A stretch of 54,733 nt of DNA from an uncultured bacterium (lineage in GTDB: Bacteria; Deinococcota; Deinococci; Deinococcales; Trueperaceae): positions 1-54,733 of the forward strand of contig CAZFFG010000002.1 in NCBI GenBank assembly GCA_964518275.1, in the 5' to 3' direction. Position numbers and translations under genes: made by a program. The notes beneath the pieces are model-generated. The model was not told the origin of the DNA. It made no database searches and was given only the letters and a program-made list of their open reading frames with translations. Below are positions 9,928 to 19,269 of the stretch, in pieces (the stretch's first letter is position 1; every line of letters starts with the position of its first letter).

Positions 9928-9956
9928 TTAACCACGCCGTAACCATTCGGTAACCA
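9928..9956 (+). repeat. Three direct TAACCA repeats phased at exactly 11 bp (TTAACCA / GTAACCA / GTAACCA)
   Basis: Copies begin at 9928, 9939 and 9950. They occupy about -62 to -34 relative to the ATG at 9990. A TATGCT -10-like hexamer lies at 9976-9981. Confidence 0.6.
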
Positions 9957-9989
9957 TAGCGGTCCGCCTTCTGTCTATGCTCGTAGCAG

Positions 9990-11255
9990 ATGAGGCTCGC
10001 TCAACATGCCATCTACCGCGCCCTCAGGCCCAGGTGGTTGGTCGCCCTAGCTCTGTTGGCGGTCACTGCAACGGCGGGTGCCCAGGTAGCTACGGGGGCC
10101 TACCAGGGGCCGCTCGTGCCCGACCCGCGCCTGCACGCCATCGAGGCTGAGCCCGTGTGGCGCGACCGTCACGACGGTCCTTCTGCCGTGGTCACCGAGA
10201 CCGCCGTGGTCTACCTGCGCGAAGGCAGGCTGGTGGCCACCGAGTTCGCCAGCGGCTGGCAGCAGTGGTCGTACGGCAGCGGGCTCACGGGCCCGTTCCG
10301 CCGGTTCGCAGATATGGTGGTGGTGGCGGATGAAGGGCGGGTGACCGCGCTCGACGCCACCGACGGAAGCGAGCGGTGGTCCGCCACCGTGGCGGATCGG
10401 CCCGTACGGTTCTTGGCAGAGAGCGGCTCCAGGCTGATAGCCGGCAGCGGGGTCGGCGCCTACCAGGCGCTCGAGCTTGCCACTGGACGGCCGAGCCACG
10501 CCTTCAACGTGCCAAGCGTGAGCGAGCTCGCCTACAGCGATCAAGAGCTCGTGATCTTCAGGTCCCACCATGGCGAGCCCGGCGTTGCCTGGTTCCATGC
10601 TCACTCGGCCACCAGCGGCGCCGAGCTGTGGCGTGGCCGCGGCTGGCGCTCACTCCTGGCCGTGGCGGAGGGGCGCGTCTACTTCCTCAACCTCCCAGCG
10701 GCGGGTAGCGGTGCGCGCTTCTCGGTGTCCGTGGTCGACGCGCAGCGGGGCACGCGGCTCGATCATTGGCAGTACGAGTTCGGCGAGCAACGAGCGGAGT
10801 GGCACGCGAGCACGGACAACGCCGTGAGGCTCACGCCGGACGCCCTATTCGCCACCGACCCGGCGGGTCAGCAGGTCTACGTTTTCCCTCACGGCGGCGC
10901 GGCGCTACCAACAGCCAGCTACGGTGTGCCCGGCGCCACGTTCCTAACCGGCCCGCACCTGGGGCTGCTCTTCTTCGAAGGGGTAGACCACACGCTTGAG
11001 GCCGTGGCGCTGGCGGACGGTCGCACCGTGAACTACCTGTTCGCGGGGGCGCGCATCTCGCGTCTCGACCTCAACGGCACCCGCGCGTACGTGGGGCGCA
11101 CCGACGGCACGTTGCTGGCCGTGGACCTCACCAACGCCAGGCTCCGCTACCTCGTTCACACCGACGGGCTAGGCTTCGGCCCCACGCTCGCGGCGGGAGA
11201 GTACGTGGTGGTGCAGGGCGCCACCGAGCTGTTAGCCCTGGAGGACCTGGAGTGA
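9990..11255 (+). CDS. Secreted PQQ-like beta-propeller repeat protein
   Basis: N-terminal signal-like segment (WLVALALLAVTATAGAQ). Repeated W/G-containing blades (e.g. GWQQWSY, GSERWSA, GAELWRG). Confidence 0.7.
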   Translation: MRLAQHAIYRALRPRWLVALALLAVTATAGAQVATGAYQGPLVPDPRLHAIEAEPVWRDRHDGPSAVVTETAVVYLREGRLVATEFASGWQQWSYGSGLTGPFRRFADMVVVADEGRVTALDATDGSERWSATVADRPVRFLAESGSRLIAGSGVGAYQALELATGRPSHAFNVPSVSELAYSDQELVIFRSHHGEPGVAWFHAHSATSGAELWRGRGWRSLLAVAEGRVYFLNLPAAGSGARFSVSVVDAQRGTRLDHWQYEFGEQRAEWHASTDNAVRLTPDALFATDPAGQQVYVFPHGGAALPTASYGVPGATFLTGPHLGLLFFEGVDHTLEAVALADGRTVNYLFAGARISRLDLNGTRAYVGRTDGTLLAVDLTNARLRYLVHTDGLGFGPTLAAGEYVVVQGATELLALEDLE

Positions 11256-12511
11256 AGCGCCTAACCCTCACCGCCCTGCTGCTCGTGTACGCGGTGGCGG
11301 GCGCCCAGACACTGACCCTCACCACCTGGTACGGACCCGCTCCCGCCAACGCCGACAGGGTCCTGGTATCCGGGGAGGATGGCCAATGGCAGCGGGTGGA
11401 GGGCGCTGGCGGCACCTACCTTCTGAAGGTGGCTGGCGAGAGGTACTCGCTCGCCGTCACCTGCTTCGGCGCGGAGGGCCCAACCGTCACCGTCTACCGC
11501 TTCCAAACGAACGAGGTGGCTAACCTGCAGCACACCTGTGCCGGCAACGGAGACGTGCTGGCCGCCCCGACGCGGGTAACGGGCGAGCTACTAGGGCCCG
11601 CGCCGGCAGGGCGCATCCCCAACCTGGCGACGCTACACCTCGGCCCGTGGCAGCTCTACGCGGGCCCCCTCCCGGCCGCCACCCAGTTCTCGGCCGCGGT
11701 GCCAGCCGTCGAAGGCATGGATATGCTCGCCCTGCTCTCAACCCCCGGCGCCGCGCCGAGCCGCGCCGTACTGCAGCGCCAGGCGAACCCGTCCGGTGCA
11801 CCGGCGGTGCTCGATTTCGGAGGGAGCGCCGCGCTCGAGCTCGAACATCACGAGCTGGCGGTTGTGCCGTCCGAGCGCGCGTCGCTAGAGGCGTGGCTCC
11901 ATACCTGCGGTGGGATTAGGGCCGCGGTCGGCGCCCCCACCGCGGCAGGTAGTCAGCGCAGCACCTACGCCGCATTACCCCAGGGCGCCGGAGAGGAGTG
12001 CGACCGCTACGAGCTCACGGCGTTCTCGACCGACCAGGCCGGCTCCACGTTGAGGCTGACCACCCGCTTCCTAGCCGAGCCTACCGACGCCGCGTTCGTA
12101 CTACCTGCGGACGTGGGCCTGCCTACCATCGAGACGGTCGGCACGGACCCGTTGCGGGCACGTTTCACCTGGCAGCCAGAGCAGGACGCGCTCTTCTACA
12201 TCGGCACCCTCACCGACGGCAGGGTGACCTGGAACTTCGTTCAGAGCGCCACCTTGCCGCCTGCCATCACGCTCACGCCCTGGGGCGCCGACGCCGGCGT
12301 TCCCGACCTTCGGGGTGGCGACTTCACGTGGGGCTTCGGGGCCGCGCGATCCACGAGCGAGGTGGAGGCGGTCCTGCGCGCCTATCAACAGCGGAACCTA
12401 ACCGACGGCGCGGTGGTAGGCGTCCCCGTTCCTGCAGGGCTAAGCTACGAGCTCTTCCTCACCGGCGGCGCCTGGGCGCCTCACGCCGGCGCCCTACCCG
12501 GGAGCCGTTAA
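11252..12511 (+). CDS. Hypothetical secreted protein
   Basis: Signal peptide MKRLTLTALLLVYAVAGAQ. The start overlaps the preceding stop (GTGA at 11252-11255). No family recognised. Confidence 0.65.
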   Translation: MKRLTLTALLLVYAVAGAQTLTLTTWYGPAPANADRVLVSGEDGQWQRVEGAGGTYLLKVAGERYSLAVTCFGAEGPTVTVYRFQTNEVANLQHTCAGNGDVLAAPTRVTGELLGPAPAGRIPNLATLHLGPWQLYAGPLPAATQFSAAVPAVEGMDMLALLSTPGAAPSRAVLQRQANPSGAPAVLDFGGSAALELEHHELAVVPSERASLEAWLHTCGGIRAAVGAPTAAGSQRSTYAALPQGAGEECDRYELTAFSTDQAGSTLRLTTRFLAEPTDAAFVLPADVGLPTIETVGTDPLRARFTWQPEQDALFYIGTLTDGRVTWNFVQSATLPPAITLTPWGADAGVPDLRGGDFTWGFGAARSTSEVEAVLRAYQQRNLTDGAVVGVPVPAGLSYELFLTGGAWAPHAGALPGSR

Positions 12512-14734
12512 CGCCAGCAGGTAGACCGCGGACGTCCACGGCTGTTCCGACTCCGCCAACTGAGCCACGAACAACGACCGCAGCTCCGCGAGCTCGGCCT
12601 CAGTGAAGGCAGCGCCGATGAGGTCCGCGTACGAGGGGCGCGCTTGCCCGGTCCGGAACCAGCTCTCCACGAGCGCGGCCCCGAGCCGCTGCTGCACCGT
12701 CACGTTCTTGAAGTGAAGCTGCGCCGTGGGGAAGCCCGCTGCCAGGGCGGCGGCGTGCACCGCCTCGGGCTCCGGCCCGAAGCGTTCGTTGGGGCTGGAG
12801 TAGATGCTCTCCTCGGCGGCCTCTAAGCGTTCCGCTAAGCGCTCGGCCACCTCCGGGCGGGCGGACCAATCTAGCAAGCGGTACAGCCGCTGAGCCCGCC
12901 GCCCGTGCGGCTCCGCCAGAGCCACCCTGGCCCCCGGCGCGCAGACCCGCAGCAGCGCGGGGAAGAGCTCGCTCTCCGCCACGGAAGCGCCAGCGAGAGC
13001 GTTGCGCCCCAGCACCACGTCGAACCTGACCTGACCCAACTCCTCCGCGGTGAGCTCCGTGACCCGCTTGGTTAGCACCACGGGCCGCTGCAGCTCGTCG
13101 AGGTTGGCGGCTTGCCCCTCGAGGGTCCGCGCCGTGGCAGCGTCCGGCTCGAGGGCCCACACCTGTCCCTCGGGCGTGCGGCGCACCGCCTCCCAGGTGA
13201 TCAGGCCCGAGGCAGCGTTTAGGTCGAGCAGGAGATGGTGCGGCCGCGGCGCCGCCAGCTCGAAGAGCGCGTCGCGTACCCGCGCCAGGCGCTCACCACT
13301 GCTCGAAACCGTGCGCTCGAGCCAGCGGTCGCGGCCGCGGTCGCGGGGCGACACCGTGAGCACCTCGCCAGGTGCGCCCGCCTCCTGCTCGAGCATGGCG
13401 GCCAGCTGCGCCTCGCGGCGCCGCGCCACCTCATCGCGGATACGCGCCTCGTAGCCGCTGGCAGCGGGCTGGTAGAACACCTTGCCTTGCAAGGCCTCCG
13501 GTAGGTACTGCTGCGCCACCCAGTGGTCGCGGTAGGCGTGCGGGTAGGCGTAACCCGCGCCGTGGCCGAAGCTATCGCCATCGCGGCTCGCGTCACGCAA
13601 GTGCGCCGGCACCTCGGCCTCGCGCTCCTTCTGCACGGCAGCCAGAGCGTCGAAGAAGCCCATGGTGCTGTTGCTCTTAGGCGCCGTGGCCAGGTAGAGC
13701 GTGGCCTGCGCCAAGTGGTAGCGGCCCTCAGGCAGGCCCACGTAGTCGTACGCCTGCGCAGCCGCGGCGGTGTGGGGCAACGCATGCGGGTCGGCCAGGC
13801 CGATGTCCTCGCTGGCCAGGATCAGCAGACGACGGAAGATGAACCTCGGGTCCTCACCCGCGTACACCATCTTCGAGAGCCAGTAGAGCGCAGCGTCCGG
13901 ATCGGAGCCCCGCACGCTCTTGATGAACGCGCTGATGGTGTCGAAGTGCGCGTCGCCCTCCTTGTCGTACAGCACCGCGCGCTGCTGAATGGACTCCTCC
14001 GCCACCTCGCGGGTGATGACAACGGCACCGTCCGCGCTCGGCTGCGTGGTCTCCACCGCCAACTCCAACGCGTTGAGCAGCGCCCGGGCGTCACCGTTCG
14101 CCACGTTCACGAGGTGAGCCAGCGCCTCAGGCAGCAGGTCCACGCGCCGGCGCCCGTAGCCGCGCTCCTCGTCGGCCAGCGCCTGCGCGGCCACAGCCCG
14201 CAGGTCGTCCTCCGTTAGCGGCACGAGCTGGAAGATGCGGCTGCGGCTCACCAGCGCCTTGTTGACCTCGAAGAACGGGTTCTCGGTGGTGGCGCCGATG
14301 AGGATGACGGTGCCGTTCTCCACCCACGGCAAGAGCGCGTCCTGCTGCGCCTTGTTGAACCGGTGCACCTCGTCCACGAAGAGGATGGTGCGCACCCCGC
14401 CCCGCCGCGAGGCCTGCGCCGCCGCCACCGCCTCGCGGATGTCCTTCACGCCGCCCAGCACCGCGTTGATGGCCACGAAGCGTGCGCGTGTGGAGTTGGC
14501 GATGACCCGCGCGAGCGTGGTCTTACCCGTACCCGGCGGCCCGTAGAAGATCACCGAAGACAGCTGGTCCGCCTCGATGGCGCGCCTCAGCAGCCGGCCC
14601 GGACCCACGATGTGGTCCTGACCGATGTACTCGTCCAAGGTCCGGGGCCGCATGCGTGCGGCGAGCGGCTCGGAGCTGGGGGTCTCGAAGAGGGTGGGGG
14701 AGCTAGAAGGATCGGCCATGAGCGTAAGAACCAT
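12494..14734 (-). CDS. rarA: Replication-associated recombination protein A (RarA/MgsA AAA+ ATPase) fused to a C-terminal class-I methyltransferase-fold domain
   Basis: Walker A GPPGTGKTT, Walker B ILFVDEVHRFNK and the MgsA_C-type region (DAALYWLSKMVYAGEDPRFI) span residues 1 to about 440. About 290 further residues follow, with Rossmann-MTase-like strands (LLLDLNAASG, VWALEPD, FDVVLGRNAL, CAPGARVALAE). Confidence 0.9.
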   Translation of the reverse strand: MVLTLMADPSSSPTLFETPSSEPLAARMRPRTLDEYIGQDHIVGPGRLLRRAIEADQLSSVIFYGPPGTGKTTLARVIANSTRARFVAINAVLGGVKDIREAVAAAQASRRGGVRTILFVDEVHRFNKAQQDALLPWVENGTVILIGATTENPFFEVNKALVSRSRIFQLVPLTEDDLRAVAAQALADEERGYGRRRVDLLPEALAHLVNVANGDARALLNALELAVETTQPSADGAVVITREVAEESIQQRAVLYDKEGDAHFDTISAFIKSVRGSDPDAALYWLSKMVYAGEDPRFIFRRLLILASEDIGLADPHALPHTAAAAQAYDYVGLPEGRYHLAQATLYLATAPKSNSTMGFFDALAAVQKEREAEVPAHLRDASRDGDSFGHGAGYAYPHAYRDHWVAQQYLPEALQGKVFYQPAASGYEARIRDEVARRREAQLAAMLEQEAGAPGEVLTVSPRDRGRDRWLERTVSSSGERLARVRDALFELAAPRPHHLLLDLNAASGLITWEAVRRTPEGQVWALEPDAATARTLEGQAANLDELQRPVVLTKRVTELTAEELGQVRFDVVLGRNALAGASVAESELFPALLRVCAPGARVALAEPHGRRAQRLYRLLDWSARPEVAERLAERLEAAEESIYSSPNERFGPEPEAVHAAALAAGFPTAQLHFKNVTVQQRLGAALVESWFRTGQARPSYADLIGAAFTEAELAELRSLFVAQLAESEQPWTSAVYLLALTAPG

Positions 14735-14763
14735 GCTAGCCGGTGCCGACGCCCACTAGGGTC

Positions 14764-15567
14764 TCAGTCGATAGCCACGTACCTACGTACGCTCACCTCG
14801 TAGGCGCCGACCGGCACCCCGTACAGGCTGGTGACGTACACGTGGTACACGCCGGCCTCGAACTCAGCGAAGGCCCGCGAATCGGTGGACCAGTTGGTGA
14901 CCTCGCTGTAGTTGGCGTCGTCGTTCTCCACCACGATGTTGCCGGCATCGTCGGTGACGAGCACGAAGGTATCGAAATCGAAGGAGGTGGCCATGATGGC
15001 CAGCGCGCTGGCTTCGGTGAGCTCCAGCATGTAATGCACGCCGGGCGCTTCAAGGTAAGGAACGGTCGCTGTGGTTACCTCGTCGAACGAGCCGGCATGG
15101 CTGCCGGGCACCGAGAGGGTGATCGCCTCGGCTGGGCTGCCCCTTTGCACGCTCGCGCGCGACACGCTGTAACGCCCGAGGTCGAGCGGCCCGTAGCCGC
15201 TCACCACCAGCAGGTAACGCCCTTCTTGAGGGAGGGTCACGATGATCTCGGCGTCCGTGCCGTGAACGCTGTCGTCGCCCGTAGCGAGTAGCCAGCCGGC
15301 TGGGTCGTACAGGCTCAAGTAGGTATCGAACTCGAGGCTAGCGGCGCGCAGCGTGACCTCCTCGCCTTCCTCGCCGTAGAGCACGTACAGGTCGAGGTAA
15401 GTGCCGTCCTTGAAGTTCTGACCGCTGGCTTCAGTTAGTTCGCCGCGCAGCTGGGCGTCGGCGGTGAGCTCCGGGAGCTGGGAGAGGTAGTAGTTGGGCG
15501 GGTTGAGCCTGCCCTGTGCGGCGGCGGTGGTGAGCAAGAGGAGGGTTACTAGCAGTAGATGCCTCAC
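14764..15567 (-). CDS. Secreted protein with two PPC-like (pre-peptidase C-terminal-like) beta-sandwich repeats
   Basis: Signal peptide MRHLLLVTLLLLTTAAAQG. There are two internal repeats of the pattern D.Y.L....G..V.L...S..FDT.L.L.D..G. Confidence 0.65.
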   Translation of the reverse strand: MRHLLLVTLLLLTTAAAQGRLNPPNYYLSQLPELTADAQLRGELTEASGQNFKDGTYLDLYVLYGEEGEEVTLRAASLEFDTYLSLYDPAGWLLATGDDSVHGTDAEIIVTLPQEGRYLLVVSGYGPLDLGRYSVSRASVQRGSPAEAITLSVPGSHAGSFDEVTTATVPYLEAPGVHYMLELTEASALAIMATSFDFDTFVLVTDDAGNIVVENDDANYSEVTNWSTDSRAFAEFEAGVYHVYVTSLYGVPVGAYEVSVRRYVAID

Positions 15568-15744
15568 GATGACCTGATCCCTTCGGGCCGCGGTGCCGTT
15601 CGGTTGACGTGCCTACCCCGCGGTAACTGTGCGTTAGACCCTGCCAGGTTAACGGATGGCCGACCCGCTGTCTGCTGCCGTTGGCGTGGCTAGCCGGCGG
15701 CGACGCGTAGGCCGAGGGGCTGTTCGCGGTAGGCTAGCGCGTCT

Positions 15745-16665
15745 ATGGCCCGAACCGACTCCTCCAAGCGTGGCGCGCGCGAGCCGCAAGAACCCGCCAC
15801 GCCCCTTACCTGGCAGCAGAAACTGTGGCGCGAGGTGCGTGGCTACGCCGAGGCGCTCATCATCGCCTACCTGGTGGTCACCTTCCTCTTCACCACCGTC
15901 GGGGTGGTGGGCACCTCCATGGAGCCCAACCTCGATGGCGGCGACGGGCGCGGTAACCTCGTGCAGGCGCTCCTCACCGGTGACCGCGTGTTCATCCCCA
16001 AGTACGACACCTGGCTAAGGCGCGCCGGGCTGCTTGGCCAGTACGAGCGCGGGGCGGTGGTGGTGCTGCGTGAGCCCGCCAACGCGCCTAACGCGCTGCT
16101 TTTCGGTAAGCGCAACTTCTTCATAAAGCGCGTAGTGGGCGTGCCGGGCGACCGGCTACGCATCGAAGCGGGCCAGCTCTACGTGAACGGTCGCGCGGTA
16201 GATCAGAGCTTCATCACCGACGAGGCCGACTTCCGGGTGGCGCCCGTGGAGTTCCCCATGGTGGTGGTGGAGAACGGCATGGTGGAGTCGCTCGTCATGG
16301 GCTTCAACGTGGCACCGAACGGGGTCGCTGTGCCCGACCTGCCCATGTCGGGGGCGCTCCGCAACCCGGTGCACGTGAACGACCCGCGCGTGCAGCTCTT
16401 CTACGGCAACGTGGTGAGCAACGTGGAGGTTCCCGCCGGTACACCGGAGGGCGTGCCCGTGGTTCTCGACTTCGTAGTGCCTGAGGACACCTACTTCGTG
16501 ATGGGCGACAACCGTTCACGAGGCGGTAGCGAGGACTCTCGTTACTTCGGTCCGGTGGACGCCATCGCTATCGCGGGCCGCGCCACCGCGGTCATCTGGC
16601 CGCCGCGGCGCGACGGCGACTGGAACTTCCGTGGCCTGCCGGCGCCGGAGGCGTTCGACTTCTGA
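15745..16665 (+). CDS. lepB: Signal peptidase I
   Basis: S26 motifs: catalytic Ser GTSMEPNL, Lys box FIKRVVGVPGD, and GDNRSRGGSEDSRYFGPV. Confidence 0.9.
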   Translation: MARTDSSKRGAREPQEPATPLTWQQKLWREVRGYAEALIIAYLVVTFLFTTVGVVGTSMEPNLDGGDGRGNLVQALLTGDRVFIPKYDTWLRRAGLLGQYERGAVVVLREPANAPNALLFGKRNFFIKRVVGVPGDRLRIEAGQLYVNGRAVDQSFITDEADFRVAPVEFPMVVVENGMVESLVMGFNVAPNGVAVPDLPMSGALRNPVHVNDPRVQLFYGNVVSNVEVPAGTPEGVPVVLDFVVPEDTYFVMGDNRSRGGSEDSRYFGPVDAIAIAGRATAVIWPPRRDGDWNFRGLPAPEAFDF

Positions 16666-16707
16666 GCTAACCACGCGGCACGCGCACGGCGGCCTGGCGC
16701 GCCGGGC

Positions 16708-19137
16708 TCACCAGGCCTCGACCCACCTACCGCTCGGGCTCGGCACGTACGGCAGCCAGAGCAGCCCCACGTACCTGACGACCACGTCGCGTGAGGTGGG
16801 CTTCACGCTCACGCTCTCGAGCTCCAGGCTCTCCGCGTGCACGCCGTCGCCCGCCAGGGCCTCAAGCTCCCGCTCGAGTTCCGCCTGCAGCGCCGCGATC
16901 TCGGCGTCCACCTGTGCCAGCGCTTCCTGCGCCCGTTGAACGTCGCCGCGCTGTTTCCCCACGCTGGTGGTGCGCCGTACGGCCGTGCCGATGCTGGACG
17001 TGGTCGGGGCGCGCCTACCCAGGAACGCGCCTAGGATGGTGCCGCCCACGGTCACCATGGCGTCTAGCGAGCGTTGCTGCGCCTGCTGCGATTCGCGCTC
17101 CACGGCTTGGGCTCGCTGCAAGCGACGGCGCTCTAGGGTGGTGGCGCGGCCGTCGTACTTGCGGCGGATCTTCGCCTTCTCCTCGTCGCGTTTCTCGCGT
17201 AGGGCCTGAGCGCAGCGCAACCGGAACTCCTGCTCCGGCTCGCCCGGGTTGGAGACGAGCTTGAGCGGCGCGAAGCGGTGCAGCGTGAGGGCGCCGTCCA
17301 CTCGCAGCCAGCGCAGCAGTAGCGAGTTCCATTCCTGAACGGAGCGGGCGTTGATGCTCAGGTCGGGCAGCGGTTGGAAGCCGATGCCCTCCTCTGGGCT
17401 CTGCGCTAGGCGCTCGAGCACGAGCTCGGTCTGCTCGCCCTCGTTCCAGTCGAAGCCGGCCACGCTGTCGGTGAGCTCGGCCACGCGGTTCACGCGCCGC
17501 GCCTCGTCGACCCCGTAGGTCTTAGACACGTAATGCACGTCGGCCACGCCCAGTACTTGGGGGAAGTAGGCGGCCCCCGTTACCCCAGCTCGACTAGGCA
17601 CGAAGAGCTGAGGTACGTCAGGTGGTAGGAACGGCCGCTCGACCACTCCAGCCACGGGCGCCGCCGCAGTGGGCGGTTGCGGCGCCTGGGCCGCTGCCTG
17701 CTGCGTCGCCTGCGCCGCAACAGATGCTGGCGCCGCGCTCGGCGCCGCCTGGCTGAGCCGCGCGATCTGGTCTCGCGACAGTGGGCCCGCCAGGTACGAG
17801 AGCACCCAGCGCGTCTGGAACACGGCGGGTGCCTTGGCGTGCACGTTATGCAGCAGGAACGTGCGCTTGCCTAGCCGCCCGATGACGTCGTTCAGCTCGG
17901 CGCCGGTAGCCCCACCTGGTGCGGCGGCCGTGAGGCCGTCCACCAGCCGCGCCTTGTCGCGCTCCGTCTGCAGGCGGCCCACGAACCAAGTGCCCGCGTT
18001 CGAGAGCGCCTTGTAGTCGAGATCGACGGGGTTCTGGGTGGCGAGCGCCAGCCCAACGCCGAAGGCGCGCGCCTGCTTGAGGAGGGTCATGAGCGGCTTC
18101 TTGGTGGGCGGCTCCGCCACCGGGGGGAGGAAGCCGAACAGCTCGTCGATGTACACGAGCGCACGGAGGCTGCTCGTGCCCGTCTGCGACCGGGTCCACG
18201 ACACGACCTCGCTGAGGAGCAGGCTCAGGAAGAAGCTACGCTCGCTGTCGCTCAGGTGCGAGATAGACACCACTGCCACGCGCGCGCGGCCATCCGGCGC
18301 GTAGAGGAGGCTCTGAACGTCGAGCGGCTCCCCGCGCGTCCAGGCATCGAAGGTGGGCGAAGCCACGAGCGCGTTGAGCGCCAGGGCCAGCTTCATGCGG
18401 TCTCGGGGTGGGAAGACCGTGTCCACGTCCATCACCCCGAGGCGACGCACGGGCGGTTGCTGGACAGCGTGGATGAGGTCCTCCACCGCTAGGTCGCGCC
18501 CTTCGCGCCAGGCGTGCTCCAGGATCGCGCTCAGGAGGATCTGCTCGCGTGAGAGCGGGTCGGCGTCGGCGCCGAGCAGGGTCAACAACCCGGTGACGGT
18601 GGTGGTGAGGCGTTCGCTGAGAAGGTCTGGGTCGTCGAGCACCGCCGGCGGCGGCGCCGCGAACGAGCGCAGCACGCTGATGGGCCTGCCGGCGGAGGAG
18701 CCTGGGGTGTAAACCGCCACCTCGGACGCGTCCCTGAAGCGTTGGATGCGCTGCGGGTCCTGACCCCACGCGGCTAGCCCTTCCCGCCACTGCTGCGCCT
18801 GCTGGGCGGCGTGATCCGCCACGCTGATGCCCTGACGCTCCGCGTCCCGTGGGTCGACCCAGGGCTCGAAATCGCTTGGCCGCAATTCCGGGAAGGTGAG
18901 CGCTAGGTTGGCGAGGTCGCCCTTCGGGTCGATAGCTAACACCGGGATGCCGTCGATGGCGGCCTCCTCGATGAGGCCGATGCCGAGCCCCGTCTTACCG
19001 CTACCGGTCATACCCACGATGACAGCGTGGGTGGTGAGGTCGCTGGAGTCGTACAGGAGCGGCTGCTCCGTGCCTTGCATGGTTGTGGGCTCGACCTCGC
19101 GGCCGAGGTAGAAGACGCCAAGCTGCTCGAAATCCAC
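16708..19137 (-). CDS. Large HerA/FtsK-superfamily P-loop NTPase (DUF87/DUF853-like) with a coiled-coil C-terminal extension
   Basis: Walker A GMTGSGKTG followed by AIDPKGDL (HerA-type). VYIDELFGF is Walker B-like. LATQNPVDLDYKALSNAGTWFVGRLQTERD resembles YjgR/HerA. The C-terminal ~250 aa are rich in R/Q/E/A heptad-like sequence. GTG start preceded by GAGGGAGGG. Confidence 0.85.
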   Translation of the reverse strand: MDFEQLGVFYLGREVEPTTMQGTEQPLLYDSSDLTTHAVIVGMTGSGKTGLGIGLIEEAAIDGIPVLAIDPKGDLANLALTFPELRPSDFEPWVDPRDAERQGISVADHAAQQAQQWREGLAAWGQDPQRIQRFRDASEVAVYTPGSSAGRPISVLRSFAAPPPAVLDDPDLLSERLTTTVTGLLTLLGADADPLSREQILLSAILEHAWREGRDLAVEDLIHAVQQPPVRRLGVMDVDTVFPPRDRMKLALALNALVASPTFDAWTRGEPLDVQSLLYAPDGRARVAVVSISHLSDSERSFFLSLLLSEVVSWTRSQTGTSSLRALVYIDELFGFLPPVAEPPTKKPLMTLLKQARAFGVGLALATQNPVDLDYKALSNAGTWFVGRLQTERDKARLVDGLTAAAPGGATGAELNDVIGRLGKRTFLLHNVHAKAPAVFQTRWVLSYLAGPLSRDQIARLSQAAPSAAPASVAAQATQQAAAQAPQPPTAAAPVAGVVERPFLPPDVPQLFVPSRAGVTGAAYFPQVLGVADVHYVSKTYGVDEARRVNRVAELTDSVAGFDWNEGEQTELVLERLAQSPEEGIGFQPLPDLSINARSVQEWNSLLLRWLRVDGALTLHRFAPLKLVSNPGEPEQEFRLRCAQALREKRDEEKAKIRRKYDGRATTLERRRLQRAQAVERESQQAQQRSLDAMVTVGGTILGAFLGRRAPTTSSIGTAVRRTTSVGKQRGDVQRAQEALAQVDAEIAALQAELERELEALAGDGVHAESLELESVSVKPTSRDVVVRYVGLLWLPYVPSPSGRWVEAW

Positions 19138-19269
19138 GGACCCTCCCTCACGCTGAAGCCAGCGCTCTGTTCCCGATTGTAGCCGTTGCCAGCGCGATCC
19201 TTCACCCGCGGCTTCGCGTGCTGGGGGGTTTACGGGCCGGGCCGGGCGTCGGTGCTACACTCGCCTGTC

